NCBI GenBank assembly: GCA_963733035.1
Contig: CAVTBU010000005.1
Span: forward strand, 2,656,001-2,720,000
From: Pirellulales bacterium
GTDB lineage: Bacteria > Planctomycetota > Planctomycetia > Pirellulales > PALSA-1355
Direction of reading: 5' to 3'
DNA length: 64,000 nt
Shown here: positions 21,215 through 30,834 of the stretch, in pieces
Numbering within the stretch: the first letter of the stretch is position 1
Layout: every line of letters starts with the position of its first letter
Notes under the pieces: model-generated
The model's input: only the letters and a program-made list of their open reading frames with translations
Databases searched by the model: none
What the model was told of the DNA's origin: nothing
Program-made: the position numbers and the translations under genes

Positions 21215-22642
21215 TCATGCCCGGCTGGCAAGTTCAGCAATCGCCTGGCCGTCGGTCACGATGTGCGTCGGGCGGCCGGCTCGGTCGGGAATGGTGACCT
21301 GGCGGTAGTCGATGCCGAGGTGTTGATAGATTGTCGCCAGGAAGTCTTGCGGCCCGAATCGCCGCTCAATGACCTCTTCGCCCCGGCTGTCGGTGGCGCC
21401 AATAATCTGCCCGGTGGCAATGCCGCCGCCGGCCCAAATCATGGAATTGGCGTGCGGCCAATGATCCCGTCCCGGTTGCACCGTGCCCGCCTCTCCGCTG
21501 GCCACCCCGCCGCCGCTGCTGGCAACGTGCGAAATCCGCGGCGTGCGGCCAAACTCGCCGGTCACCACCACCAGCACTCGCTGGTCGAGGCCCCGAGCGT
21601 AGACGTCTTCAATTAGTGCCGACACGGCCTGATCGAAATACGGCGCGCGAAACCGCAGCGCATTGAACACGTGATGGTTGACTGCGTGATCGTCCCAGTT
21701 TTGCACACGGCCGCACAGCGGACCATCGAACGTCGTGGTGACGATCTCAACGCCGGCCTCGACCAGTCGTCGTGCCATCAGGCATTGCTGTCCCCATTGG
21801 TGCATGCCGTAGCGCTCGCGAACCGCTGCATCCTCGCGCGACAGATCAAATGCCTGGGCCGCCGCCGAACTGGTCAACAGATTCAGCGCCTGCGCCTCAT
21901 ATTCGTCCATTGCCCGCATCACGCCCGACTGGTCGATGTTGCGGCGCAGGTTGTCGAACGAATGTCTCAGTTCCACGCGCTCGCGCAAGCGGCGATCCTG
22001 CCCCGGATCGGACAGCCCCACGTTGGGCACTTTGAACTGCGGCGCGCTCGGATCACCCCGAACGGCATACGGCTCGTACGACGGTCCCAAATACGCCGGC
22101 CCGGCAATCGTGAAGCTGTCGTAGCGCGTGATCGGATTGACGCCAATATAGTTGGGTAATTCCCGCGGCTCGCCCGATCGCAAATAATGCGCCACGCTCA
22201 TCAGGTCGGGATACACCGGCACAAGCTTGTCTTGCGCGTCGGGATCGCCCGAGAGCAATTGCAACGAACCTGCCGGATGACCGCCACCGGTGTGGGCCAT
22301 CGAGCGGAGCAGGGCGAACTTGTCGGAAAGCTGCGCTTGCCGCGGCAGCAGTTCAGTCAGCCATATGCCGGGCGTCCTGGTGGCCAGCGGTTTGAACGGT
22401 CCGGTGTACTCGCTCCCCGCGTGCGGCTTGGGATCGTACGTATCCAGGTGGCTGCACCCGCCGCGCAGCCAAACAATGATCACCGCCGTGCGCGGTTGCG
22501 ACGACGCAGAGGCCGAGGCCGCGCGCAGCCGCAGCAGCCCCGGCAGCGTCAGTCCCCCCAACCCGGCCAACCCCACGCGCAGAAACTCGCGGCGCGAGCC
22601 ATTGCCAACGCGAATCGGATCGTTGTGAACCGTGGTATGCAT
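21215..22642 (-). CDS. DUF1501 domain protein with Tat-like signal
   Basis: SRREFL, GGCSHLDTYDPKP, ARRLVEAGV, WDDH, GEFGRTP, GRDHWP. ATG at 22642; the longer ORF call overlaps tRNA-Leu. Confidence 0.9.
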   Translation of the reverse strand: MHTTVHNDPIRVGNGSRREFLRVGLAGLGGLTLPGLLRLRAASASASSQPRTAVIIVWLRGGCSHLDTYDPKPHAGSEYTGPFKPLATRTPGIWLTELLPRQAQLSDKFALLRSMAHTGGGHPAGSLQLLSGDPDAQDKLVPVYPDLMSVAHYLRSGEPRELPNYIGVNPITRYDSFTIAGPAYLGPSYEPYAVRGDPSAPQFKVPNVGLSDPGQDRRLRERVELRHSFDNLRRNIDQSGVMRAMDEYEAQALNLLTSSAAAQAFDLSREDAAVRERYGMHQWGQQCLMARRLVEAGVEIVTTTFDGPLCGRVQNWDDHAVNHHVFNALRFRAPYFDQAVSALIEDVYARGLDQRVLVVVTGEFGRTPRISHVASSGGGVASGEAGTVQPGRDHWPHANSMIWAGGGIATGQIIGATDSRGEEVIERRFGPQDFLATIYQHLGIDYRQVTIPDRAGRPTHIVTDGQAIAELASRA

Positions 22643-22739
22643 GGAGGGCGAAGCGGCGGGAGAATCAAAGGCGGCACTGCTGCTACCCGCAACTATACAG
22701 TTGGCAGCCCCAGAATCAAAGGATACGATGCCCAGCATC

Positions 22740-22825
22740 GGCCGGATGGCGAAATTGGCAGACGCACGGGACTTAAAATCCCGTGGAGGGAAACCTCCGT
22801 GCGGGTTCGATCCCCGCTCCGGCCA
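22740..22825 (+). tRNA. tRNA-Leu (anticodon TAA)
   Basis: Acceptor GGCCGGA/TCCGGCC, anticodon arm CGGGA-CTTAAAA-TCCCG, long variable arm GGAGG-GAAA-CCTCC, T-loop GGTTCGA; CCA not encoded directly. Confidence 0.95.
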
Positions 22826-22915
22826 CTCCAACTTGAACCTCGAAAACACGTGTCTACAAGGCGTTCTTGAGGTCTGATCGCGTGTTGAGGCTCTTGCGGG
22901 TCCGGTTGAGATGAC

Positions 22916-23538
22916 GTGGGGGTCGATGGCGGCAATCGGCGTCGGTTTGTCGTTGCCGAAAACTCGCACAAGCGGTATCTGCGCATGGCACGGAACCGGC
23001 TGAATCAACCTGACTTGAAGTTCTTCGAGTTTTCGTCGTTTGCTCTAATGGACGACTCCCAATCCTTCGAGAAAACTGTACTTGTCCCAGTCGACCCAGC
23101 TCTCGACGAGTTTGCCGCCCTCGTAGCGGTCTGTGTGAACGCCGGTCCATGTGCTCGTCTTGCCGGTTGCGGACCGGTTCTCGAATGTGCCCATGTGCTT
23201 GCCGGTCAATCGCCAACGTGCTCAACGAACCCTCGCGGAAAGCGTGGGAACAGGCCGACGAACAGACCATCGCGGCTTACAATGAGCTCGCACCGCAAAT
23301 TAAAGTTACCAATCCACCTCAGTCGGGCGATGGATCCGGCCTGGTCGATCCGCAGGAGATCGCCACGGCGTTGCACCTATACCGCGAAGCAATGCATGAC
23401 GCGAATTTCAAGCGTAATGTTCACGTCAAGGGATTCGATTTCGATGCCGCGGCCGCGCACAACAAGCAACAGCTTCGGCGACGGCTAGAGCGCGCAAGTC
23501 AAAAGCGGAGTCCAGAGCGGCGCGGACCAATCGGCTGA
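22916..23538 (+). CDS. Hypothetical protein, probably split by a 1-nt deletion at ~23208 (start uncertain: 22916/22985/23048)
   Basis: ORF 22916 (...HVLAGQ) joins ORF 23149-23538 (IANVLNEPSRKAWEQ...) if one A is added (CAATC to CAAATC). Confidence 0.4.
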
Positions 23539-23560
23539 TGCGCATTCGTACCGCAGAGTC

Positions 23561-24427
23561 ATGTTACCATCATTTCCCATACTCGATTTGCTTCAAGACT
23601 GCTGTGATCCGCCGTTAACGCCCGAAACATTGGCGGACTTGCAGGCCAGGCTCGGCCGACGGTTTCCGCGGGAATACGCCGACTTTCTCTTGCAGTTTAA
23701 CGGCGGCCACTTCACGCGTTCGGTCGAGTATTCGATTCCGAATCCGACAAAGTTCGTCACCGGTGGCCTGATGAAGTCCTTCCTCGGCGAGCCGAATGAC
23801 GGATACGAGACGAACGGGCTGGCATGGTGGGCTGACACGCTAAGTGATCGCCTTCCTCCCGAATTCCTAGCAATCGCGGAATGTAACTTCAGCGATTACG
23901 TGCTGCTGAAGTTGGTGGGACCTGATTCACAATTCATGGGCGTGTGGCATTGGAATACATCGGCGATCGACGATGAACCAGTTTTCTATTGGCTGGCAGA
24001 TTCGTTTTTCGAGTTCCTCTCGATGCTCGTCTACGACATCTGTACCTACGAGGAGGAGCGCGAGACCCAGCCGCTGTTCCAGGCCATTAAGCGTGGGGCT
24101 ATCACCACCGTCGAACAATACTTGACGCAGGGTGGCGACGTCGAGGCGCGCAACGAGCATGGGCATACTCTACTAATGGCTGCGGCGATCCATCGCTGGC
24201 CAAAGCTTGTCCGCCTCTTGCTGGGGCATTCTGCGAATGTGAAGGCTCGTGACAAGACTGGGCAAACGCCGCTACACCACGCCGCTGTACACTCGCTCGA
24301 CAGTGTTCAGTTACTTCTTGCTGCCGGTGCTGACGCGACGGCACAGGACAACGCAGGAAAAGACGTGCTCGGAGATTGGTGTTATCGCGCCGATCAGATC
24401 TTGCGAGCGCACGGGGCGAAAGAATAA
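23561..24427 (+). CDS. SMI1/KNR4 (SUKH) domain plus ankyrin-repeat protein, immunity-like
   Basis: LQARLGRRFPREYADFLLQFNGG, LAIA, WLADSFFEFL (SUKH); GHTLLMAAA, GQTPLHHAA, LLAAGAD (ankyrin). Confidence 0.85.
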   Translation: MLPSFPILDLLQDCCDPPLTPETLADLQARLGRRFPREYADFLLQFNGGHFTRSVEYSIPNPTKFVTGGLMKSFLGEPNDGYETNGLAWWADTLSDRLPPEFLAIAECNFSDYVLLKLVGPDSQFMGVWHWNTSAIDDEPVFYWLADSFFEFLSMLVYDICTYEEERETQPLFQAIKRGAITTVEQYLTQGGDVEARNEHGHTLLMAAAIHRWPKLVRLLLGHSANVKARDKTGQTPLHHAAVHSLDSVQLLLAAGADATAQDNAGKDVLGDWCYRADQILRAHGAKE

Positions 24428-24804
24428 TCGCTGATTTCCACGACGACTGCCGATATGAGCCATCTGGCCAAAGTGGCCATTGTTGCCTGCATGCGAAAGC
24501 GATTAATCCTACTCAACACGATTCTCAAAACTCAAACGCCCTGTCGGGTCTTCAAAACTGCTTGACATTCAACACAGTCGCTCATCCCGACTTGTCGGGA
24601 GCCGCCTTAGCAGAGCGGCGACGCCGCCATAGCATCTACCTTCCAAATTAATTGTTTCCGTCTGCTACAATCACCCACTATGGAACATCCTGCGCGGCGG
24701 TGCATTTGCGCTGATTGCTTGGTTTCGATGTACCCGCCGGCATTCATTCGCTCCGGCAGATGATTCCGGCGCGCCGAAAACCTAGGCCAACGGCGAACGC
24801 AGCC

Positions 24805-26268
24805 ATGTACAAATCCAACTCGCGAAATCCCTCGACGACGTTCACCAGTGTGATCGGTATGGTGGCGATGCTGGCTCTTCTGCCAACGGCGGTCGGACTA
24901 GCGCATGCAGAAGCCAACGACTTTCGTGTCCCGGCAGGCCAGCGTCAACTCTTTTTGGATGATTACGGTGTGACCACAATCGAGAATCTGAACCGCCAGA
25001 TGCACCGGCCGGAAAAACACGGGGCGGTGATTCGCAGTCCGCGTCCGAAGCAAACCATCCAGACTCGAACGGCCCCGGTATGGGATCCGCAAGTGGAAGT
25101 TTACAAGCTATGGGTCCTTGGAATCGATGAGAACCTGTGGCAAAGCCGAGACGGGCTGAATTGGACTCCCGGCCCAAAAACCAACATGCGGATTGATATG
25201 GCCGTGTACGATCCGCGCGAATCCGATCCTAACCGCCGGTTCAAGGCACCGCTTTTAAACGAAGGTTTTGCCGTGTCGGCCGATGGAGCGCAATGGACGA
25301 AGCTCGATGTTGCGAAGATTACGAGTTCCGACGAGGGCAATTTCAGCTACGACCCGAATGCGGAGCTGTTCCTCCATACGGTCAAACGAGGTGGCCAGCA
25401 CGGTCGCTCCGTGGCGCTGGCCAGCAGCCGAGATTTCAAAACTTGGACCGACCTTGGTCTTGTATTCCAGGCCGACGATCGCGATCAACAACTGGGCAAG
25501 CAAAACATCGAGGCGCGGAAGGCTGACAAGACACTCGAACAGACTCTCTACGACGATTCGAACGTGTACAACGTGGACGTGTATAACATGGGTGTGTTTC
25601 GGTACGAGGGGATGTACATTGGCTTGCCAGCAATGTTCCACGCGACCGGTCCGGTTCCGAATTACCCAAACACCGACGGCTTTCATATCGTCGAGTTGGC
25701 GTGTAGTCGCGACCTGAAGGACTGGAAGCGGCTAGGTGATCGACAAGCGTTTATCGGCCCTTCGCGCATCGATTCAGGGGCCTACGACTTGACTCAAATC
25801 CTACCACCGTCGGCGCCGGTCGTTCGCGATGATGAGCTGTGGTTCTACTATACTGGCTTGAAGTGGCGAAGTTCTTTTACTTACCTGGGCACATACCCCA
25901 ATGGCGAGCATGTGCCGCTTCCTGGTCGAAATCGCGACGGCGGTGCCGTCTGCCTGGCCGTGCTTCGTCGCGACGGCTTCGTGTCGCTCGATGCTGGCGA
26001 GGAAGAAGGGAGCGTTGTCACTCGGCCGTTCAAGCTGCCGGCCGGTAAGCTATATGCCAATGCGGATGCCCAGCATGGCGAACTGCGTGTCGAGGTGTGC
26101 GATATTCAAGGCACGCTCCTCGCCACGTCAGAAGTCGTTCAAGGCGACCTCACGCAGATTGAAATCCGCTGGAAACAAGGCACGCTCGCGGATTTGAAGG
26201 AGCAACCGGTGAGCCTTCGGTTCAAGATGCGCAACGCCAGACTTTACTCATATTGGCTGGCGGATTAG
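24805..26268 (+). CDS. Exported five-bladed beta-propeller glycoside-hydrolase-like protein (GH32/43-like)
   Basis: Signal region, RQLFLDD, SRDGLNW/SRDFKTW repeats, DELWFYY, LRRDGFVSL, RLYSYW. Confidence 0.7.
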   Translation: MYKSNSRNPSTTFTSVIGMVAMLALLPTAVGLAHAEANDFRVPAGQRQLFLDDYGVTTIENLNRQMHRPEKHGAVIRSPRPKQTIQTRTAPVWDPQVEVYKLWVLGIDENLWQSRDGLNWTPGPKTNMRIDMAVYDPRESDPNRRFKAPLLNEGFAVSADGAQWTKLDVAKITSSDEGNFSYDPNAELFLHTVKRGGQHGRSVALASSRDFKTWTDLGLVFQADDRDQQLGKQNIEARKADKTLEQTLYDDSNVYNVDVYNMGVFRYEGMYIGLPAMFHATGPVPNYPNTDGFHIVELACSRDLKDWKRLGDRQAFIGPSRIDSGAYDLTQILPPSAPVVRDDELWFYYTGLKWRSSFTYLGTYPNGEHVPLPGRNRDGGAVCLAVLRRDGFVSLDAGEEEGSVVTRPFKLPAGKLYANADAQHGELRVEVCDIQGTLLATSEVVQGDLTQIEIRWKQGTLADLKEQPVSLRFKMRNARLYSYWLAD

Positions 26269-26461
26269 CTCGTAGCCAGGCTCACCGATAGGAGTGCCAA
26301 TGGCCCGCGCGCCTCGGACGAAACCGGTCACGCGTTCCGAGAAAGGGGTTCTGCGATTCGCAAATCAAGCCGCGTTCGCGAAGTCCCCTTGTTGTCCGGC
26401 GCGATCGATGCATTAAGATGGTTTCCGGTTCCGGCGCCTGACGGATGCGAGGGGTGCGACA

Positions 26462-27841
26462 ATGCGGACCTGTTTTTCTCGAGATTGGCCTGGCAGTTCG
26501 ACGCGGCGCGAGTTTCTGCGTGCCGGGGCCCTAGCGCTGGGTGGGCTGACGCTGGCCGACGTGCTGCGTGCTCGAGCGGCCGCGGGAGCAGCTTCGAGCG
26601 AAACCTCGGTCGTCTTGTTCTACATGTGGGGCGGGCCGTCGCACCTGGAGACCTACGACCTGAAGCCGGCGGCCCCGGTTGAATACCGGAGTGTCTTCCG
26701 GCCGATCTCCACCCGCGTGCCGGGCATGGAAATCTGCGAGCTGTTTCCCCGTCAGGCGCAACTCGCCGACCGTTTTTCGCTGCTACGCTCGCTCAACCAC
26801 GAGATTAACATCCACAACGACGCGGCCATCGAGGTGCTCACCGGCAAACGACCAACCCGGCTCGACCCGACGTCGCAGGCTACCAGTGAGCATCCTGATT
26901 TTGCGATGATCGCGGCGCATCAGCGCGGCGCGGCGGGTGGCGCGATGCCGCAGTACGTGGCTTTGCCCAACGCGCTGCACATGACACGGCCGACCTATCT
27001 GGGTGTGGAATGCGCGCCGTTCGTGGTGGGCAATACGGCTGACGATCAATACGCGTCTCCGCAATTGAAAATGGCAGCCGGACTCGACGCCGCCACGCTT
27101 GCGAACCGGCATGCCTTGGTCACCCAGCTTGATCACATGCGGCGGGGTCTCGATCAATATGCGGCACTGGAAGCCACTGACAAGTTTCGCGAGCAGGCGT
27201 TCCAACTCTTGGCCAGTCCGCAGATCGCCAACGCGTTTGACCTATCACGCGAAGGGGAAGCCACGCGCGAGCGCTACGGTCGTAATGTATGGGGACAAGC
27301 CTGCCTGTTGGCACGCCGCCTGGCGGAAGCCAAGACCGCCGTGGTAACGATCTATGCGAATACACCGGCCAATGGGCCCGAGTTCACCAACTGGGACGAT
27401 CACCCCGACAACGCCGGCCGACCGGGCCATTTCGGCGACTTCATGCGCACACGCTTGCCTTACATGGACCAGGCGCTCGCAGCACTTATCGACGATATCT
27501 ATAGTCGCGGTCTCGACCGACGAGTTCTGTTAGTCGCCGTCGGCGAATTCGGGCGCACGCCCAAGATCAGCTACCGTCAGTCGACCGGATCGACTGGCCG
27601 CGACCATTGGCCGCAAGCCTATTCCGCCCTGGTCTCGGGGGGCGGCTTGCGGATGGGCCAGGTTGTCGGCGCTACGAACTCCAAGGGTGAATATCCTAGC
27701 GAGCGGCCTTTGTCACCGCAGGACTTGCTAGCCACCATCTATCGTCATCTGGACATCGACCCGCATCGTTCGATTCACGATTTCAGCGGTCGACCGATCC
27801 CCATCCTCTCCACGGGCGAGCCCATCGCTGAACTCATCTAG
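26462..27841 (+). CDS. DUF1501 domain protein with Tat-like signal
   Basis: TRREFL, GGPSHLETYDLKP, LARRLAEA, WDDH, GEFGRTP, GRDHWP. Confidence 0.9.
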   Translation: MRTCFSRDWPGSSTRREFLRAGALALGGLTLADVLRARAAAGAASSETSVVLFYMWGGPSHLETYDLKPAAPVEYRSVFRPISTRVPGMEICELFPRQAQLADRFSLLRSLNHEINIHNDAAIEVLTGKRPTRLDPTSQATSEHPDFAMIAAHQRGAAGGAMPQYVALPNALHMTRPTYLGVECAPFVVGNTADDQYASPQLKMAAGLDAATLANRHALVTQLDHMRRGLDQYAALEATDKFREQAFQLLASPQIANAFDLSREGEATRERYGRNVWGQACLLARRLAEAKTAVVTIYANTPANGPEFTNWDDHPDNAGRPGHFGDFMRTRLPYMDQALAALIDDIYSRGLDRRVLLVAVGEFGRTPKISYRQSTGSTGRDHWPQAYSALVSGGGLRMGQVVGATNSKGEYPSERPLSPQDLLATIYRHLDIDPHRSIHDFSGRPIPILSTGEPIAELI

Positions 27842-27918
27842 TCGCGTACAGTCGCGATGGGAAAATCGCCCGGTTTGGTCACCAGCAGCGGAATACTCAT
27901 TCGAGCTTTTCCGTTCCT

Positions 27919-29064
27919 CTAATCCGCCCGCGCCAGGGCGTCCAACTCGCTGAGTTTGAGGCGGACGCTGAGAATGTAGGGCTCCTGCCCCTTGGTCCAG
28001 TGACCGTAGGTTGTGACGACGAAGGTGTCGTCGGGCAGATGCTCGACGCCAGGGTAGGCCGTGTCGTAGCCCTTGGTGTTCTGTTTGAGTCGCACGAAGT
28101 ACTGACCTTCGCGTCCCTGTTCGAGGTCGTCCCAGGTGCCGACCCAAGCGACCCAGTCGTGCTCAAACGGGCGCGTGCCGGCCGCCTGGCGCGGCGAGTT
28201 GCAGCGAAAGCTGATCAAGAGCCGCCCATCGTCGGCATACTTGCCCGTATGGCGGTCGCCCGTGAGCGCCAGCGGCACTTCGCGGGGTTCGGTCCAGTTC
28301 TGCCCTTCGTCGTCGGAAAAGATGACGTGCGAGTTCTTCCGACGCGCATTCTCACGCAGCAAGACGGCCAGCCGTTTGCCATCGGGCGAGCGGATGCAAC
28401 CGGGTTCGCACAGGTTGACTTCCGATGACTGGTACACGACGTCTGGAAACGACCAGTTCAGGCCGCCGTCGGTGGAAAAGGTTTTGTACAGCGTGAAGGT
28501 GGGCGTCACCTTGCCGTCTTTGGTAAAGAAGCGGCCGTCGTCGTGGAACATGGCCAGATAGTGGCCCGCGCCGGTGGCCAGGGGTTCGACGAAACCCATG
28601 ACGACGATTCCGCCCCAATCGCCGACCGGTTTCAGTTCGCTCCACTGTACTCCGTCGTCTTCGGTCACGGCCAGCCGCGCCGGATACAAGCCCGACCACA
28701 TAATGATGCGCTTCTTGCCGTCGGGCCCCACGACGCGATGCAGCGTTGGCACTTCTTTCGACGTCGCCCAACTCGCGGGCGTCGCCAGCCGATCGCTCCA
28801 AGTTCGCCCGCCGTCGGAACTGCGTTTGTACACAATCGGTCCGCGGCCGTGCCCCTTCGGATACACGCACAACATCGTGCGACCGTCCTCGAGCAGACAC
28901 GTCGTCGGATGACCCAAATACTGCCCCGGCTCGCGGTCAACAATCACCTGCCGCTGAGATTGATCGTTCAGGTCGATTAACGTCGGATAGGCACCGTCCG
29001 CCGGAGCCGCGGTAAGAAGCGGCCCGCAGGCAATCAGCGGCAGTAGAGACAACCTAGTTCGCAT
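27919..29064 (-). CDS. Sialidase-family (BNR/Asp-box) exported glycosidase
   Basis: Signal peptide; Asp-boxes SSDGGRTW, TEDDGVQW, STDGGLNW, SDDEGQNW; DTAYP. Confidence 0.85.
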   Translation of the reverse strand: MRTRLSLLPLIACGPLLTAAPADGAYPTLIDLNDQSQRQVIVDREPGQYLGHPTTCLLEDGRTMLCVYPKGHGRGPIVYKRSSDGGRTWSDRLATPASWATSKEVPTLHRVVGPDGKKRIIMWSGLYPARLAVTEDDGVQWSELKPVGDWGGIVVMGFVEPLATGAGHYLAMFHDDGRFFTKDGKVTPTFTLYKTFSTDGGLNWSFPDVVYQSSEVNLCEPGCIRSPDGKRLAVLLRENARRKNSHVIFSDDEGQNWTEPREVPLALTGDRHTGKYADDGRLLISFRCNSPRQAAGTRPFEHDWVAWVGTWDDLEQGREGQYFVRLKQNTKGYDTAYPGVEHLPDDTFVVTTYGHWTKGQEPYILSVRLKLSELDALARAD

Positions 29065-29067
29065 ACG

Positions 29068-29101
29068 TACGCCCGGCAGGATTCGAACCTGCAACCCTCG
29101 G
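29068..29101 (-). repeat. 34-bp direct repeat of the tRNA-Arg 3' end (att site)
   Basis: TACGCCCGGCAGGATTCGAACCTGCAACCCTCGG is identical at 29068-29101 and 31308-31341. Confidence 0.95.
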
Positions 29102-29416
29102 CTAGGAATTACTGTAGCGCATCGGAAGCAACTATAAACGACTTAAACGAATTGCGTCAAACAACCGACGCCGTGGTGCCCGTATTAGTGCCGAGTGCGT
29201 CGGAAGCTGCCAAGGAGCCGCATTTTCGGGCTGATTTGGCACGCCTCGGGGCCGAGGCGGAACGCCTTCCCCAGGCGATCAGAGCGCGATTGTCGCGCCG
29301 GCCGACGCAGGGAGGGCTCGCGATGCTTGACCTTGATCTTGGCCCGAACCTACCTGACGCTCCTCAGGATGCTGGCCCCAATCAATTCGTCGAGTCGTTC
29401 AAGTGGCAAGATGATT

Positions 29417-29782
29417 TCACCTGAGTTTTGAGACCTCGTTGCCGTTAATGCGTAACGAGGCTGACCAATAACTGGCGTCAATTTGAACGTCAGTAATTGT
29501 CGCGTCAAGCGGACCGACAGGAACGCCGTCAATCGAAATCATTGTTGGCGAAAAAGTGAAGAGGTGACCGCCGGCTTCGATCTCGGTCGTTGCAGTATTC
29601 TCCGAGCAAGAGAATGGGCCCTTAATCGTTGCAGTTGTACCGTTGGGCAGCGATGCCGTACCCGAGACAGTTGACGTCATGCTCACAAATGCGAACAGGC
29701 AAAATGCGACTGCGATGCACAGAAGTACCAGGCGGATTACGACAGCACCGAAGATCGAGCTGGGTTTCGCAATGCATTCCAT
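29417..29782 (-). CDS. Hypothetical exported/membrane-anchored protein
   Basis: 121-aa ORF with a hydrophobic N-terminal segment and a beta-rich remainder. Confidence 0.55.
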   Translation of the reverse strand: MECIAKPSSIFGAVVIRLVLLCIAVAFCLFAFVSMTSTVSGTASLPNGTTATIKGPFSCSENTATTEIEAGGHLFTFSPTMISIDGVPVGPLDATITDVQIDASYWSASLRINGNEVSKLR

Positions 29783-29971
29783 TTAAACCGTCCTTGAGCC
29801 GTTGTACAAGCATTCCGGCAGCGATGCAGCGTAGCACGACAATACATTTCACGCCAATAGCAGCATACAAGTGATCGTGGATACATTTCAGTCGGGTAGC
29901 CACCCAAGTTCGGCGACGACGGACACGAGGCACGCGTTCCGAAGACTTTTTGTTAGGGGGAATGCTAGCTC

Positions 29972-30175
29972 ATGCCATGGTTGCCAATCAGTAACTCTTC
30001 ATCCGGCGACGCCTGCCCGCGCGACGATCGCGGCGAGCTATTTGTTCGCAGTAGTCGGCGAACGCGTGATCGCTGGCAGGTTCAATACCTGTGGTGCAAG
30101 AGCTGTCCAGGGACATTCAAGACACGCGTCGATCGCCGCCTTCGGCTTCGGCTTCGCGCCCGATCGCTAAGTTAG
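29972..30175 (+). CDS. Small basic protein resembling a degenerate Ogr/Delta-type zinc finger
   Basis: CPRDD...VRSSR...QYLWCKSCPGTFKT; purine-rich AGGGGGA ~10 nt upstream. Confidence 0.4.
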   Translation: MPWLPISNSSSGDACPRDDRGELFVRSSRRTRDRWQVQYLWCKSCPGTFKTRVDRRLRLRLRARSLS

Positions 30176-30202
30176 ACTGGGCTAACGCCTACCAATCTCA
30201 CA

Positions 30203-30610
30203 TCACAATTGAACTCGTCGACGCAGCTCTTCCACGGATTTGATCCAGAGGGCGTCGCCAGATTCGGCCCAGAGGTCCTTGAGTTCGGATTGGTCCCCAA
30301 GAATGCGACGGATCACGTTCGCCGCACGACGGATTAACTCAGGCGGTGGGGCGATCGGGTAAGCTGCCACCCAATTGTCAACATTCTCGGTATAAGCGTT
30401 CTGGTATCCCGGATGTCCATTGAGCCGTGCAAGAACCTCGCACGCGGCGAGAGCATTGCACGCGAGATCCTGATCAAGGTATTCACTTCCAATCGCTTCC
30501 ACTTCATCAAAAGCCGTTTCGACGAGGGAAAGATCGTCCACATTCTTTAACTCATATGCCCAATCGCACGCGGTGTCATTGTCGAAGGCGAGTTCTCCCC
30601 ACGCACCCAT
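30203..30610 (-). CDS. DUF4259 domain protein
   Basis: MGAWGELAFDNDTACDW N-terminus, ALAACEVLA, SELKDLWAES...W. Confidence 0.85.
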   Translation of the reverse strand: MGAWGELAFDNDTACDWAYELKNVDDLSLVETAFDEVEAIGSEYLDQDLACNALAACEVLARLNGHPGYQNAYTENVDNWVAAYPIAPPPELIRRAANVIRRILGDQSELKDLWAESGDALWIKSVEELRRRVQL

Positions 30611-30834
30611 CGGTATCTTCACTCGGCAATGTAGGTCGAGAATTGTCCGATCAACATGACGCAGATTATCACGAAATGCCAACAGCGGCAAACGAAACAT
30701 CGTACGTACGAGCCACTTCCGTGACTTGCATAGTCACCACCGGGTCCATGCCAGAAAGTGTTGTAAGGATCGACAGGTACAGCAGGGTTCACGGGTACAA
30801 TTAGGTGAGAGGCACGCGGAGGTGAGGCACGTAC

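Noticed and set aside
22643..23008. N-terminal extension of the DUF1501 ORF
   Set aside because: It runs antisense through tRNA-Leu; the Tat-like signal begins just after ATG 22642.
24739..24747. Possible att duplication of the tRNA-Leu 3' end (CGCTCCGGC)
   Set aside because: Only 9 nt in GC-rich DNA; expected by chance.
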